From positions 1-39,319 of the forward strand of contig JBDRKX010000056.1 in NCBI GenBank assembly GCA_043813605.1: DNA of 39,319 nt, read 5' to 3'. The stretch's first letter is position 1; each line of letters begins with the position of its first letter. Shown here in pieces: positions 1-9,616 of this stretch. The notes beneath the pieces are model-generated. The model worked only from the letters and a program-made list of their open reading frames with translations, was not told where the DNA came from and made no database searches. A program made the position numbers and the translations under genes. The stretch comes from Elusimicrobiota bacterium. GTDB taxonomy: Bacteria; CG03; SLGR01; JBDRKX01.

Positions 1-2392
1 GTGTCCCATTTAATATGTCCGCTTTTTTTGAAAATTAAGCATCAATATCGTCGCTATCAAAAGCACACTAACGATTCCCAAAAGGCCAAAAAACGTTTCT
101 GTTTTACGTGTCTGCCTCAACCATGTAAAATGTAATAATGAAATCTTCCATGAAACAGCCAGGATTAGAGTTAAATATTACATCCGACCCTGAAACAGTA
201 CCAATTAATGGTCGTTGTACCTTGAAGAAAGAAAACAATCTGTTTGTAGTCTATGTGGCCGGGCTGCCTATGTATCATTGGACGGCTGGCGATAGCATGG
301 CGGCCGCTTATGCCATGGTGAATTTGGTGCAATGCGGATATGCGGACCAGAACGACGTAGCAAAAGCATTTGGATATTCTGAGCGTACACTGCGGCGTAA
401 GCAGCATAAGTTTGAATCTGAAGGTATGGCCGGATTAGGCAATTCGAGAGGCCGCCCTTTCGGTTCGCGATTAAAAGCAAATCCCACGAGAAAAATAGCC
501 AAAACCCTCCGTCGTCAAGGAGTTAGTGTGCGTGACATTGCTCTGCGACTTGGAGTTGGTAAATCCACTGTAAATAGATGGATGGTGAATCCGGAAAAGT
601 CTGTGAAAGAAGATATTGCGAATGATTGTGAAACCATTAACATCCGTTCCGCAGATACTGAAAAATCTGTTAAAGATATGAGTTCTGATAATGACCCACA
701 GAGTCGTGACTACGACAGGATGTTAGCGCGAGAAGGCCTGCTCAATGACGCGCTTCCTATCTTTACTGCTGGCCACCGTATTTCCCAGGCCGGTGTATTG
801 CTATCAATCCCTGCGCTTGTACAAAGCGGTATCTTTTCGGTGGCAGAGAAAATCTATGGACATATCGGGCCTGCATTCTATGGTCTGAGAACCACGATGC
901 TGACATTGCTTTTAATGTCACTTTTGCGGATCAAAAGACCCGAGGAACTCAAAGAGCATGCCCCGGCTAATATCGGCCGCATAATAGGTCTTGACCGCGC
1001 TCCGGAAGTCAAAACACTGCGACGTAAACTCGTACACCTTGCTGCCCGCAAAAAAGCCGAAACCTTTGGCAGAGAACTGGCAAAGAAACGAGTAAAACAG
1101 CACGGAAAAGCTATGGGATTTCTGTATATAGACGGGCATGTACGGGTTTATCATGGTTTACGCCGAGTAATGAAAACATATGTTACCCGAATGCGACTGG
1201 CGTTACCGGCGACTACGGACTACTGGGTTAATGACCAGCGAGGAGATCCGTTGTTCGTGGTAACGGCAGAGCTTAATGCTAGTTTAACAAAGATGCTTCC
1301 GGAATTACTCAAAGAAATCCGGGAACTGGTGGGTAAGCGCCGGGTAACGATAGTGTTTGACCGTGGTGGCTGGAGTCCGAAACTGTTTGTGCAATTGATT
1401 GACTCAGATTTCGATATACTGACCTATCGCAAGGGAAAATGGAAATACATCCCGAAGAAACAGTTTTCGCCCTGTACAAAAAGAATAGACGGCCGTAAAG
1501 TATCATACAATCTTAATGACAGAAATATCCGTTTGCTGAAGGGCAGGCTGCGCTTACGGCAGGTTACCCGTTTAAGTGAGAATAAAAAACATCAGACACC
1601 GATTGTCACCAGCCGTACAGACTTGTCGGCAAATAGTTGTGGCTTATCGTATGTTTGAGCGCTGGCGACAGGAAAACTTCTTTAAATATCTTAATGAGGA
1701 GTTTGCCATAGATTCATTACTCGATTATCAGGTGGAACCGGAAGATGCGGAAACTTTAATTCCGAATCCGGAGCGTCGTAAAGTTAATAAGAAACTATCA
1801 GCAGTACGAGCAGAACTGAAGAAGACGCAAGCTCTGTACGGTAAGGCAATGGTAGAGAATAAAGAGCGTACGATATCGACAGTTCGTGGTTTCAAGATTG
1901 CTCATGGAAAACTGGGGTCTCATATACGTCAACTTGAAGATCGCATAAAAGTGCTCGAAACAAAACAAAAGCGGACTCCCATACGCATTGCGGTTAAGAA
2001 AGTCAGCGGCGAGCAAATCGTACGTCTTTCACGAGAGCAAAAGCATCTTACAAATTGCATCAAAATGGTAGCTTATCAGGCTGAGAGTGATCTTCTGGCA
2101 TTGTTACGGCCTCATTATGCGCGTGCGGATCAAGAAGGCCGTACTCTAATAACCAGTGCGTTTCAAAGTGCGGCGGATATAGAAGAAGTGAATGAAAATG
2201 AACTACGCATTACATTGACGCCACTGAGTTCAACTCACCGCAGTAAAGCCATCGCTGCTATGTGTGAGAAACTTAATCAGATGAAAGTTTGTTTTCCGGG
2301 AACGAAGTTGATGCTGCATTTTTTGGGTTGCCGAATCAGGCTGAAAATGGAAAAAGCGGACATTTTCTTAAGCTGCTATGTCAGGAGTTCTG
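1..2392 (+). mobile_element. Insertion sequence with a DDE transposase (IS4-superfamily-like or unclassified); left tip probably just outside the window
   Basis: Perfect 13-bp inverted repeat ATGTCCGCTTTTT (15-27) / AAAAAGCGGACAT (2351-2363) brackets the transposase. Right end placed tentatively at TGTCAGGAGTTCTG (2379-2392). Confidence 0.75.
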
Positions 2393-2418
2393 AATTTTGG
2401 GTTATAATAAAACCTTAA
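138..2418 (+). pseudogene. HTH + DDE transposase split by a frameshift near 1631-1633 (ORFs 138-1658 and 1576-2418)
   Basis: HTH segments (VAKAFGYSERTLRR; SVRDIALRLGVGKSTVNRW), acidic motifs YIDGH and VFDRGG in ORF1, and RWRQENFFK in ORF2. Removing one A from GCAAATA gives continuous ...DLSAIVVAYRMFERWRQE. Confidence 0.85.
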
Positions 2419-2463
2419 TTAGGGTAAAAATAAGAATAGAAAATAATAAGAGTTATTTTCTTA

Positions 2464-2492
2464 TTGACAAAAACATATTTATAAATTACTAT
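2464..2492 (+). promoter_or_regulatory. sigma70-type promoter of the abiE operon
   Basis: TTGACA (2464-2469), 17 bp spacer, TACTAT (2487-2492), 42 nt before ATG 2535. Confidence 0.7.
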
Positions 2493-2534
2493 GTATATAG
2501 TTTACAAGACTCGCATAAAAGAAGAGATAAAAAA

Positions 2535-3338
2535 ATGAAAAACAACAACATAAAACCCAATTCTAATTATCAGGGGCTTTCTAAAGATGAAGTATACCTC
2601 ATATCACGAGCTGAGTACGAGAAGCAGAAAATTGTTACAAGGGCGTTTACTCTTAAACTGTTCAATAACCCGAAAAAGACAGACAATATTTTAGACGAGC
2701 TCAGAAGAAAGGGCAGATTGCTCCAGATAGAAAAAGGAAAATATTTTATTGTACCCATGAAGGCCCCCAATCAATTATGGGTGCCCAATGAATTTGTTAC
2801 GGCTAAATACTGGATAGGCGAAGCGTCGTATTATATCGGATATTTTACCATGTATAATTACTGGGGGTTTACTGAGCAGATACCGCAGACAATGTATGTA
2901 TTGAATACAAAGAAATCAAAAACAAAAGTAATTGCAGACACAAAATATAAGGCGGTAAAGATAACAAAAGAAAAATACTATGGCATAAAAAAAATAAAAA
3001 TAGAGGGAGAAGAGATCATTATAAGCGACAGAGAACGTACTTTAGTTGACCTTGTAGATAATCCGCCGGGTTCATTTAACATAATGCGCGGCATATTAAA
3101 GGATAATATTGGAAAGATCGACTGTGATAAATTCACCGATTATCTTGTCAGATATCCCGTTAAAGCTGTTCTGAAAAGAGCTGGCTGCATTATGGCTGCA
3201 TTGGGTGTGCAGAATAATCTGCTTAACAGGCTGAAGGACAATATCGGGAATGCGGGCACATATGTTGTCCTTAATCCGGAAAATCAAAACCGCAAGGGCA
3301 GGGTAAATAAGGAGTGGGGACTCATAATCAATGAATAA
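2535..3338 (+). CDS. abiEi: Type IV TA antitoxin / transcriptional regulator, AbiEi family
   Basis: N-terminal wHTH-like segment (LRRKGRLLQIEKGKY), YIGYFTMYNYWGFTEQIP, SDRERTLVD. Start moved to ATG 2535, downstream of the promoter. Overlaps the toxin gene. Confidence 0.85.
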   Translation: MKNNNIKPNSNYQGLSKDEVYLISRAEYEKQKIVTRAFTLKLFNNPKKTDNILDELRRKGRLLQIEKGKYFIVPMKAPNQLWVPNEFVTAKYWIGEASYYIGYFTMYNYWGFTEQIPQTMYVLNTKKSKTKVIADTKYKAVKITKEKYYGIKKIKIEGEEIIISDRERTLVDLVDNPPGSFNIMRGILKDNIGKIDCDKFTDYLVRYPVKAVLKRAGCIMAALGVQNNLLNRLKDNIGNAGTYVVLNPENQNRKGRVNKEWGLIINE

Positions 3339-4185
3339 GGCGCAGCTTAAAGAAATAATACCGGCAATTGCAAAGAAGTATAAGTTCAGCCCAAGATTGG
3401 TAGAAAAGGATTACTATATTACAATAATCATGAATAACCTTAATTCCGGTTTGAGCAGTGATATTGTATTTAAAGGCGGTACGCTTCTGAATAAAATATA
3501 TTTTGACCATGTGCGATTGAGTGAAGATCTGGATTTCAGCTATATTACAGGAGACGATCTTGATACCAGGACAAAGAGATCACGGATAATGAAGCCGATA
3601 AAAGCCAGAATGCCGGAATTCCTGAAAAGCATGAATCTGAAAAGCCCTGATCATGACGGAAAAGCTTTTAATGAATCTACTCAATATGTATTTCAAATCG
3701 GGTATCCGTCTGTAATTACTGACAAAGAAGAGTATATAAAACTTGAAATATCATTAAGACAATATCCTGTTGATAAACCGGTAATAAATAAAGTTAAACA
3801 CTTTTACGAAGATCCTTTTACCGGCGAGCAGCTCCTCCCGTCTAACGGGATCTTATCTCTGAGCCGTAATGAAGCTGTAGCAGAAAAATTGAAGGCGTCA
3901 ATAACGAGGCTGGATTATGCGATACGGGACTATTATGATCTATGGAAAATTGCAGAGAGTAATTTTGATTTTCATAATAAGGATTTTGTTCGATTATTTC
4001 ATGCTAAATTGAAAAGAGAACAATATGCCGGGGAGTATAAAATAAATCTTGGACTTAATGAGAAAGATATTTTGAGCCTGCATAATCAGATAGAATCAGC
4101 GTTATCTCCGGTAATCCGGGCAGACGAGACGTTCAGCCTTGCAAAAGTATTCGGCAGGTTTAATGACATAATGAAAGAGGTATAG
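3331..4185 (+). CDS. abiEii: Type IV TA toxin, AbiEii/AbiGii nucleotidyltransferase
   Basis: Motifs VEKDY, FKGGT, RLSEDLDF, AEKL, RDYYD. Confidence 0.9.
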   Translation: MNKAQLKEIIPAIAKKYKFSPRLVEKDYYITIIMNNLNSGLSSDIVFKGGTLLNKIYFDHVRLSEDLDFSYITGDDLDTRTKRSRIMKPIKARMPEFLKSMNLKSPDHDGKAFNESTQYVFQIGYPSVITDKEEYIKLEISLRQYPVDKPVINKVKHFYEDPFTGEQLLPSNGILSLSRNEAVAEKLKASITRLDYAIRDYYDLWKIAESNFDFHNKDFVRLFHAKLKREQYAGEYKINLGLNEKDILSLHNQIESALSPVIRADETFSLAKVFGRFNDIMKEV

Positions 4186-4192
4186 CAGAGTA

Positions 4193-5275
4193 ATGAAAAA
4201 AAATACAATAAAAGAAGTCCTGGATTATTATTTTTCTGGAACTAAATACAGTAAAGATGCGCAAAAAGCTTTTAAGATATTTTTTGATAAACATCCAATT
4301 GACCCGGAAGAAAAGCCGGATGCTTTTGATGAAGGAGCCTTGAGCGAGTGGTTTTTATATGATTATAAACTTAAAAACGGCCGGACTCCGATAGAAGACT
4401 ATTGTATAACGAACCCTATGGGACTGGAGCAAGAACAACTGCGTTTATTTGAAGAACTTTGCGAGAGCATATACGGCATATGGAAGGTAAAAAATGTGAT
4501 TAAAGGCATAGGCCTGGAATTGGTCAGCTTGCAAGACAAAAAGGCATATAATATCAAGGAGCATAGAGGTAGTATGTCAATGAAGAAAGGGGATTACATA
4601 ATCGGAAGGGTTGGGCAGATTGCAGGCATTTATGAACTGGTCGGAGCAAATCCAGTACCGGTTTCAAAAGAAGAAGCCGAGCAGATGATCGAAGAAATGG
4701 ACAGACTGAATCCGAAGAAATTCAGAGATTACTTTTATGGGAAGCGGGAGGAAAGGTTCGCCGGCCTGGAGGGGCGAGTTCGTGACGGCGGCAGATGTGT
4801 ATGTTCGATATGCGGGAAGGAAGGAAAGATTGGCGGCTTTGCTAATCCGTCATCATTAAAGCCTTTGATTGTATGTGTGGATTGTATGGCTGTTTCCATG
4901 GCTAAAAAAGACGGGGTATCAGTATCGGAGGCTAAGGAAAACCGAAAAAGGATATTCGATAATTTTCATGCTTTCAGAGAAGCCATATCCGAAAAATATC
5001 TTGAAGAAGCCGGAAAGGAAATATTTGATTCAATACAAGAAGCTAATATGCTTATTGAATTTGTTCAGACAACCTGGAACAATTTGCCGAGAGATTTCCG
5101 GGAGACAATGGAAAAAGAGAGTAAAGAAGATTTAAAGAGAATATATTCAGATATTGACATAGATTTTAGCGAGTTATTATCAGGTAGAAGGAGTCAGGTT
5201 GGGAAAATGGGAAGAAATGATTCTTGTCACTGCGGTAGCGGAAAGAAATATAAATACTGCTGCGGGGCTAACTGA
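4193..5275 (+). CDS. SEC-C metal-binding motif protein with an internal Cys4 finger
   Basis: C-terminal GRNDSCHCGSGKKYKYCC; internal CSIC...CVDC; 7 nt after abiEii. Confidence 0.8.
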   Translation: MKKNTIKEVLDYYFSGTKYSKDAQKAFKIFFDKHPIDPEEKPDAFDEGALSEWFLYDYKLKNGRTPIEDYCITNPMGLEQEQLRLFEELCESIYGIWKVKNVIKGIGLELVSLQDKKAYNIKEHRGSMSMKKGDYIIGRVGQIAGIYELVGANPVPVSKEEAEQMIEEMDRLNPKKFRDYFYGKREERFAGLEGRVRDGGRCVCSICGKEGKIGGFANPSSLKPLIVCVDCMAVSMAKKDGVSVSEAKENRKRIFDNFHAFREAISEKYLEEAGKEIFDSIQEANMLIEFVQTTWNNLPRDFRETMEKESKEDLKRIYSDIDIDFSELLSGRRSQVGKMGRNDSCHCGSGKKYKYCCGAN

Positions 5276-5306
5276 TATAAGGGATGGAAAAAAACTGGGT
5301 GTAAAT

Positions 5307-6122
5307 ATGAAGTTATTATATTCAACTGACCTGCATGGTGATCGGCGGAAATATGAGAGGATATTTGAGATATCAAAAGCGCAGGGAGTTGATATCGCTA
5401 TAAACGGAGGCGACCTGTTCCCAAAGACCGGGAATCTTTTCAGACAAAATGAATTTATTACCGGATTTCTTGAGAAGTATTTTGCCCGTTTTGAAGAAGA
5501 GAAAATATATTATTTGTGTTATCCCGGCAATGATGATCTAAAAATATTTGATAAATTGTTTGAGGATACAGGTTCAAGGTTTGAATATATTGTTCCATTA
5601 GCGCAGAAAAAAATCAGTATTGGTGAATACGAGTTTATCGGCATGAATTGGGTTGTGGATTATCCTTTCCGATTAAAAGACAGGTGTAGAAAAGATACGG
5701 ATAATTATATATTTCAAGAGCAATTGGGGCCGGGTGTACTTTCTACTGAAGAAGGGTACAAAAATATTGACTGGTTTACATATGCCGGGACATTGCCTAC
5801 TATTGAAGATGAATTGAAAGGGCTGCCGTTACCGGAAGATTTTAATAAGGCAATATATATATTTCATATGCCTCCAGCTAATCTTGGTTTGGATCAATGT
5901 AGAAGTGGAGAGAAAGTAGGTTCAGCAGCAATTTATGATTTTTTAAAGAAGAATCAGCCATTATTTTCGCTACACGGGCATATCCATGAATCACCGGAGA
6001 TGTCAGGAAAATGGATGGCGAAAATAGGTGATACGGTTTGTATACAGCCTGGGCAGCGCCATGGATTTGATTATGTGGTTATTGATTTAAAAAACGTTAA
6101 ATATGAGAGGTTCACAGAATAG
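5307..6122 (+). CDS. Calcineurin-like (Icc-related) metallophosphoesterase
   Basis: Motifs DLHG, GGDL, GNDD, HMPP, HGHIHE. Start moved to ATG 5307 (MKLLYSTDLHG). Confidence 0.9.
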   Translation: MKLLYSTDLHGDRRKYERIFEISKAQGVDIAINGGDLFPKTGNLFRQNEFITGFLEKYFARFEEEKIYYLCYPGNDDLKIFDKLFEDTGSRFEYIVPLAQKKISIGEYEFIGMNWVVDYPFRLKDRCRKDTDNYIFQEQLGPGVLSTEEGYKNIDWFTYAGTLPTIEDELKGLPLPEDFNKAIYIFHMPPANLGLDQCRSGEKVGSAAIYDFLKKNQPLFSLHGHIHESPEMSGKWMAKIGDTVCIQPGQRHGFDYVVIDLKNVKYERFTE

Positions 6123-6161
6123 TTTAAAAAATAGTAGTAAAGACAAAAAGAATTCACATTA

Positions 6162-6189
6162 CCGGCATCCTTTTGATGCCGGATTTTTT
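6162..6189 (+). terminator. Intrinsic terminator
   Basis: 8-bp stem CCGGCATC/GATGCCGG with a 5-nt loop, followed by ATTTTTT. Confidence 0.8.
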
Positions 6190-6290
6190 CCGGAAGAAGC
6201 CCGGATTGATTTGTACTTAAAGAAATAAAAGAAATTCACAAGAGAATTTTCCGGCATCTGCCTCCGGCGGGGGTGAGGAAGATGGGAATG

Positions 6291-6368
6291 AATAAGAAAA
6301 TCGCAATCCCGTTAATACGGGATATCCGGGGACCCGGATTTAGCTCTAAAAGAGCTGCGATTTTTATT
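6291..6368. other. Nested palindromic element (four-way junction / cloverleaf), function unknown
   Basis: Outer stem AAAATCGCA/TGCGATTTT encloses three hairpins: ATCCCGT/ACGGGAT, ATCCGG/CCGGAT, GCTCT/AGAGC. Confidence 0.6.
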
Positions 6369-6527
6369 AGGGTAAGCCAAGTTGCCGGGCCTGCTTGCCT
6401 GTGGCATGGCAGCAAGGGTGGGTTCTTTGAGGTCGTCGAGGTGCGTAGGCCGAGACGGCCGGTTATTCGGGTTGGGTTTGGGTGGGATAGATAGTTAAAA
6501 CGCTATTTTCCCGGGAATTATTTCAAA

Positions 6528-6654
6528 TAACGAGACGAAATAAAATCTATCGTTACGAAATACCCCGCCTGTTTTGTGAAAATATGACTTATTCACCCCG
6601 AAAAAAGACGTAACTCACCGCAAAGATGTAACGTTTCGTTTTTTCGAAACGACA
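6528..6654 (-). mobile_element. Putative transposon end (TGT terminus with iterated binding-site-like repeats)
   Basis: The minus strand starts TGTCGTTTCG at 6654. Motif TnnCGnnACGA(A/C)AT occurs at 6528, 6548 and 6642; AAGAYGTAAC at 6605 and 6623. Confidence 0.4.
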
Positions 6655-6927
6655 TCCCCTATATCGACGTATGATAATCATGGCCGTCCTGACCGGAGCT
6701 ATGACATGGAAGGCAACCTGGCGTCAGTGACTATTTACGAGGGCGCGTTTATCAAGCAGCAGGTATCTTTTCCCGGCGGAGCGGAAGGCGCGTACATCAA
6801 TGTAACGGATTACAATGAGTTCGGAGAAGCAGGCACGACATACCAGGTACATAATCCGGGCGGCTTCTCACTTGAGAAGGAGATGCTGCCGGCCAGTCTT
6901 ATTGAAAGCGTACTTTCGTCCATGTAA
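6655..6927 (+). pseudogene. Probable C-terminal remnant of a YD-repeat-like protein
   Basis: The frame of ORF 6706-6927 extends upstream as SPISTYDNHGRPDRSYDMEGNL, containing two YDxxG units, and begins at the putative element end. Confidence 0.4.
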
Positions 6928-7322
6928 CAGCATGGCATAATACGGTTCTATATCGGAAAATCGAACATAGATCATCCTGTATTATTCTTGCCTGGTATTC
7001 GGCGGTATTGATACTAAATACCAGATGGGAAATATGCTGTATCAGATTGTATTTCCAATTCAAAACAATTAAAATATGCTTGGCGTGTCTGATTTGAATA
7101 CAATGAAAAGAGAAACAAAACGCTATAATATTTTCCTTGTAATACTTATAGCATGTATAATTGGTTGTTGATTATCAATTGATGGTCTTTGAGATATGAG
7201 ATAGATATCAATGATACTGTACGGAAATGCTTATGCCGAGGCCGGGCGAAGAATACCGGCTGAAATAGAAATGCACATTGATATGGAAGATCAATAAACG
7301 GCGACGGTGAGCGGTAGCGAAT

Positions 7323-8315
7323 ATGTATTATAGTGACAAAATAGACATATTGAAAGATATATTTTCTTCGGATGATCTTTATCTTGAACCGAGTTTTCTC
7401 GTTGTCAAAGGAGAGCTGTTTCCGATCATAGATGATGTGATAGTTCTGTCCGGTCCCGAAGAATATACTGACTATGTAAAAAATATTATAAATCAGAAAG
7501 GGGACTCGGGAAGTCTGAAAAATTTTTCAAAGCAGGTTCAATACTCGTTCGGAGAAGAATGGAAGGAATACAGTGAGATACTGCCTGAACATAGAGATGA
7601 ATTTGAAAAATACTTTGATACAGTGGATACTGAAGACTTGAAAGACAAGAGAGTCTGTGACCTGGGCTGCGGAAACGGCCGGTGGAGTTTTTTTCTTAAA
7701 GACATATGCAGGGAAATAATACTTGTGGATTTTTCTGACGCCGTATTCGTTGCAAGAAAAAACCTTGCTGCTAATCCCAACTGCCTGTTTTTTATGTGCG
7801 ATCTTAAAAAACTTCCGTTTAAAGAAGATTTTGCTGATTTTATGTTCTGCCTCGGTGTCCTGCATCATCTGCCAACGCCCTGTCTTGAGGAAGTGAAAGG
7901 TCTAAAGAAATATGCAGCCGTTATTCTGGTGTTTCTTTATTACGCGCTGGATAACAGGCCTTTTTATTTCCGTTTTATACTGAAAGTAATAACTTTTATC
8001 AGAAAGATACTCTCAAAGATCAAATCTCCATTTTTTCGCCGTAGTTTTTCATTATTCACAACATTTACATTATATATCCCTATGATCTGTCTCGGTCACG
8101 CGTTAGAAGTGTTCAAGAAAGGCTCTTATGTACCGCTATATGATTTTTACCGGGATAAAAGCGTCAAAAGGATACAGCAGGATGTGTATGACCGGTTTTT
8201 TACCGGTATAGAACAGCGTGTTACTAAAGAAGAGATATTACAACTAAAGGATTCCTTTGCTCAAGTTATTGTCTCTGAGAACATACCTTATTGGCATTTT
8301 TTATGTTCGAAATAG
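7323..8315 (+). CDS. Class I SAM-dependent methyltransferase
   Basis: Motif I DLGCGNG, VDFS, CLGVLHHLP; SFGEEW before the catalytic domain. Confidence 0.9.
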   Translation: MYYSDKIDILKDIFSSDDLYLEPSFLVVKGELFPIIDDVIVLSGPEEYTDYVKNIINQKGDSGSLKNFSKQVQYSFGEEWKEYSEILPEHRDEFEKYFDTVDTEDLKDKRVCDLGCGNGRWSFFLKDICREIILVDFSDAVFVARKNLAANPNCLFFMCDLKKLPFKEDFADFMFCLGVLHHLPTPCLEEVKGLKKYAAVILVFLYYALDNRPFYFRFILKVITFIRKILSKIKSPFFRRSFSLFTTFTLYIPMICLGHALEVFKKGSYVPLYDFYRDKSVKRIQQDVYDRFFTGIEQRVTKEEILQLKDSFAQVIVSENIPYWHFLCSK

Positions 8316-8557
8316 TGTAATGAGTAATCCCTGCTGTAGTCAGTTTAGCGGGAGCCCGCATGCCTGATTGTGAACACTCTTAATTAAATAATCAATTCAA
8401 TTGCAGCCGGAGTCATGAAATATTTGACAAAGGTCTAAAATATAATTAACTATTAAAATAGTATTCACTGTAAGTGTACAAATATCGGCATAGGATAATT
8501 TTTCATTTTATATATTAGCTGACAAAATTTGAAATTGATTAATAGAGGAGACAAGTT

Positions 8558-9583
8558 ATGGGAGATTTTGTATTTATCGGATTAGTTGTAGGTATTATTC
8601 TGGGCGTAGTGATTCAAAGGGGCGGATTCTGTATGTATAACGGGTTTGCCAACATGGTCATTACCAAGGATTACAGGATAATCAGAGCTGCTATATGGGC
8701 ATTCCTGGTGACCCTGATAGGTTTTCATCTGATGCAGAGTTTAGGCATTGCCAAGATGGATCCGAAACCCTTTTTCTGGTCAGGCAGTATTGTCGGCGCG
8801 GCAGTTTTTGCCATAGGTATGGTTCTGGCAGGCGGCTGTATAGTAGGATCGCCATTAAAGGCGGCAAGCGGCAAAATGGGCTACTGGTTCACGGTTCTGG
8901 GTATGGGTATCGGCGGCTGGACCGTTATCTGGGGACCTCTGGCAGCATTTAGAAAAGACAGTCTGCAGGAAGCTACCAAAGTCATGATGAGCGGCAAGAA
9001 TCCTACTCTAAACGGGTTCCTGTTCGGAGTCAACCGGTGGATAATAGTAGTCATACTGGCCGGAGTTTGTATCTGGCTGCTGAAAAAATTAAAAAATGAT
9101 GCCCCTGGTCAGGAAAAGCAAAAAATCTCTTTCTTTAAAAGTCTCTGGTCTCCGGTTGCAATAGGTATCGGATTAGCTATCGGCGAGATGATAGCATTGG
9201 CAAGCGGAAAGTCTCCGGCAGGGTTCGGGGGGTTTATCAAAGGCTGGGCCCTTTACTTTAAGCTGCTCTTGTCAGGAAAACTGCCTTTTGACTGGCCGGT
9301 GACATTTGTGACCGGGATGCTCATAGGTGTGTTTATCTCGGCACTGATCGCCAAGGAATTCAGGATCATCTGGCCCAGATGGAATCAGATACCCAGATTA
9401 TTCACAGGCGGGCTGTTAATGGGCATGGGAGCTGTAACTGCTGCAGGAGGCTGTAATATCGCTCATATTATTTCCCATATGCCACAGTTGTCTATAGGCA
9501 GTTTTGTCAGCGGTGCGACCCAGGTAATAGTAGTTGTTATATTACTGCGTGTGTTCTTTTTGAAGAAATTGACGCCGCAATAG
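8558..9583 (+). CDS. yeeE: YeeE/YedE family sulfur-compound (thiosulfate-type) transporter
   Basis: Multi-pass Gly-rich membrane protein with three family Cys motifs: RGGFCM, AGGCIVG, AGGCNIAH. SD GAGGAG. Confidence 0.9.
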   Translation: MGDFVFIGLVVGIILGVVIQRGGFCMYNGFANMVITKDYRIIRAAIWAFLVTLIGFHLMQSLGIAKMDPKPFFWSGSIVGAAVFAIGMVLAGGCIVGSPLKAASGKMGYWFTVLGMGIGGWTVIWGPLAAFRKDSLQEATKVMMSGKNPTLNGFLFGVNRWIIVVILAGVCIWLLKKLKNDAPGQEKQKISFFKSLWSPVAIGIGLAIGEMIALASGKSPAGFGGFIKGWALYFKLLLSGKLPFDWPVTFVTGMLIGVFISALIAKEFRIIWPRWNQIPRLFTGGLLMGMGAVTAAGGCNIAHIISHMPQLSIGSFVSGATQVIVVVILLRVFFLKKLTPQ

Positions 9584-9616
9584 TACAGCTCTAAATAAAA
9601 AGGAGACATAAACAAC

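Noticed and set aside
2397..2534. N-terminal 46 aa of the 313-aa ORF
   Set aside because: It spans the predicted promoter and has no family features; ATG 2535 is the better start.
6291..6380. Cloverleaf as a tRNA gene
   Set aside because: No T-loop or D-loop consensus, no 7-nt anticodon loop and no correctly placed CCA on either strand.
6273..6494. 73-aa ORF as a protein-coding gene
   Set aside because: No recognisable motif; it overlaps the palindromes and G tracts, which explain the sequence better.
8424..8459. TTGACA/TATAAT promoter for yeeE
   Set aside because: The hexamers are only 11 bp apart, and no good -10 lies at 16-18 bp.
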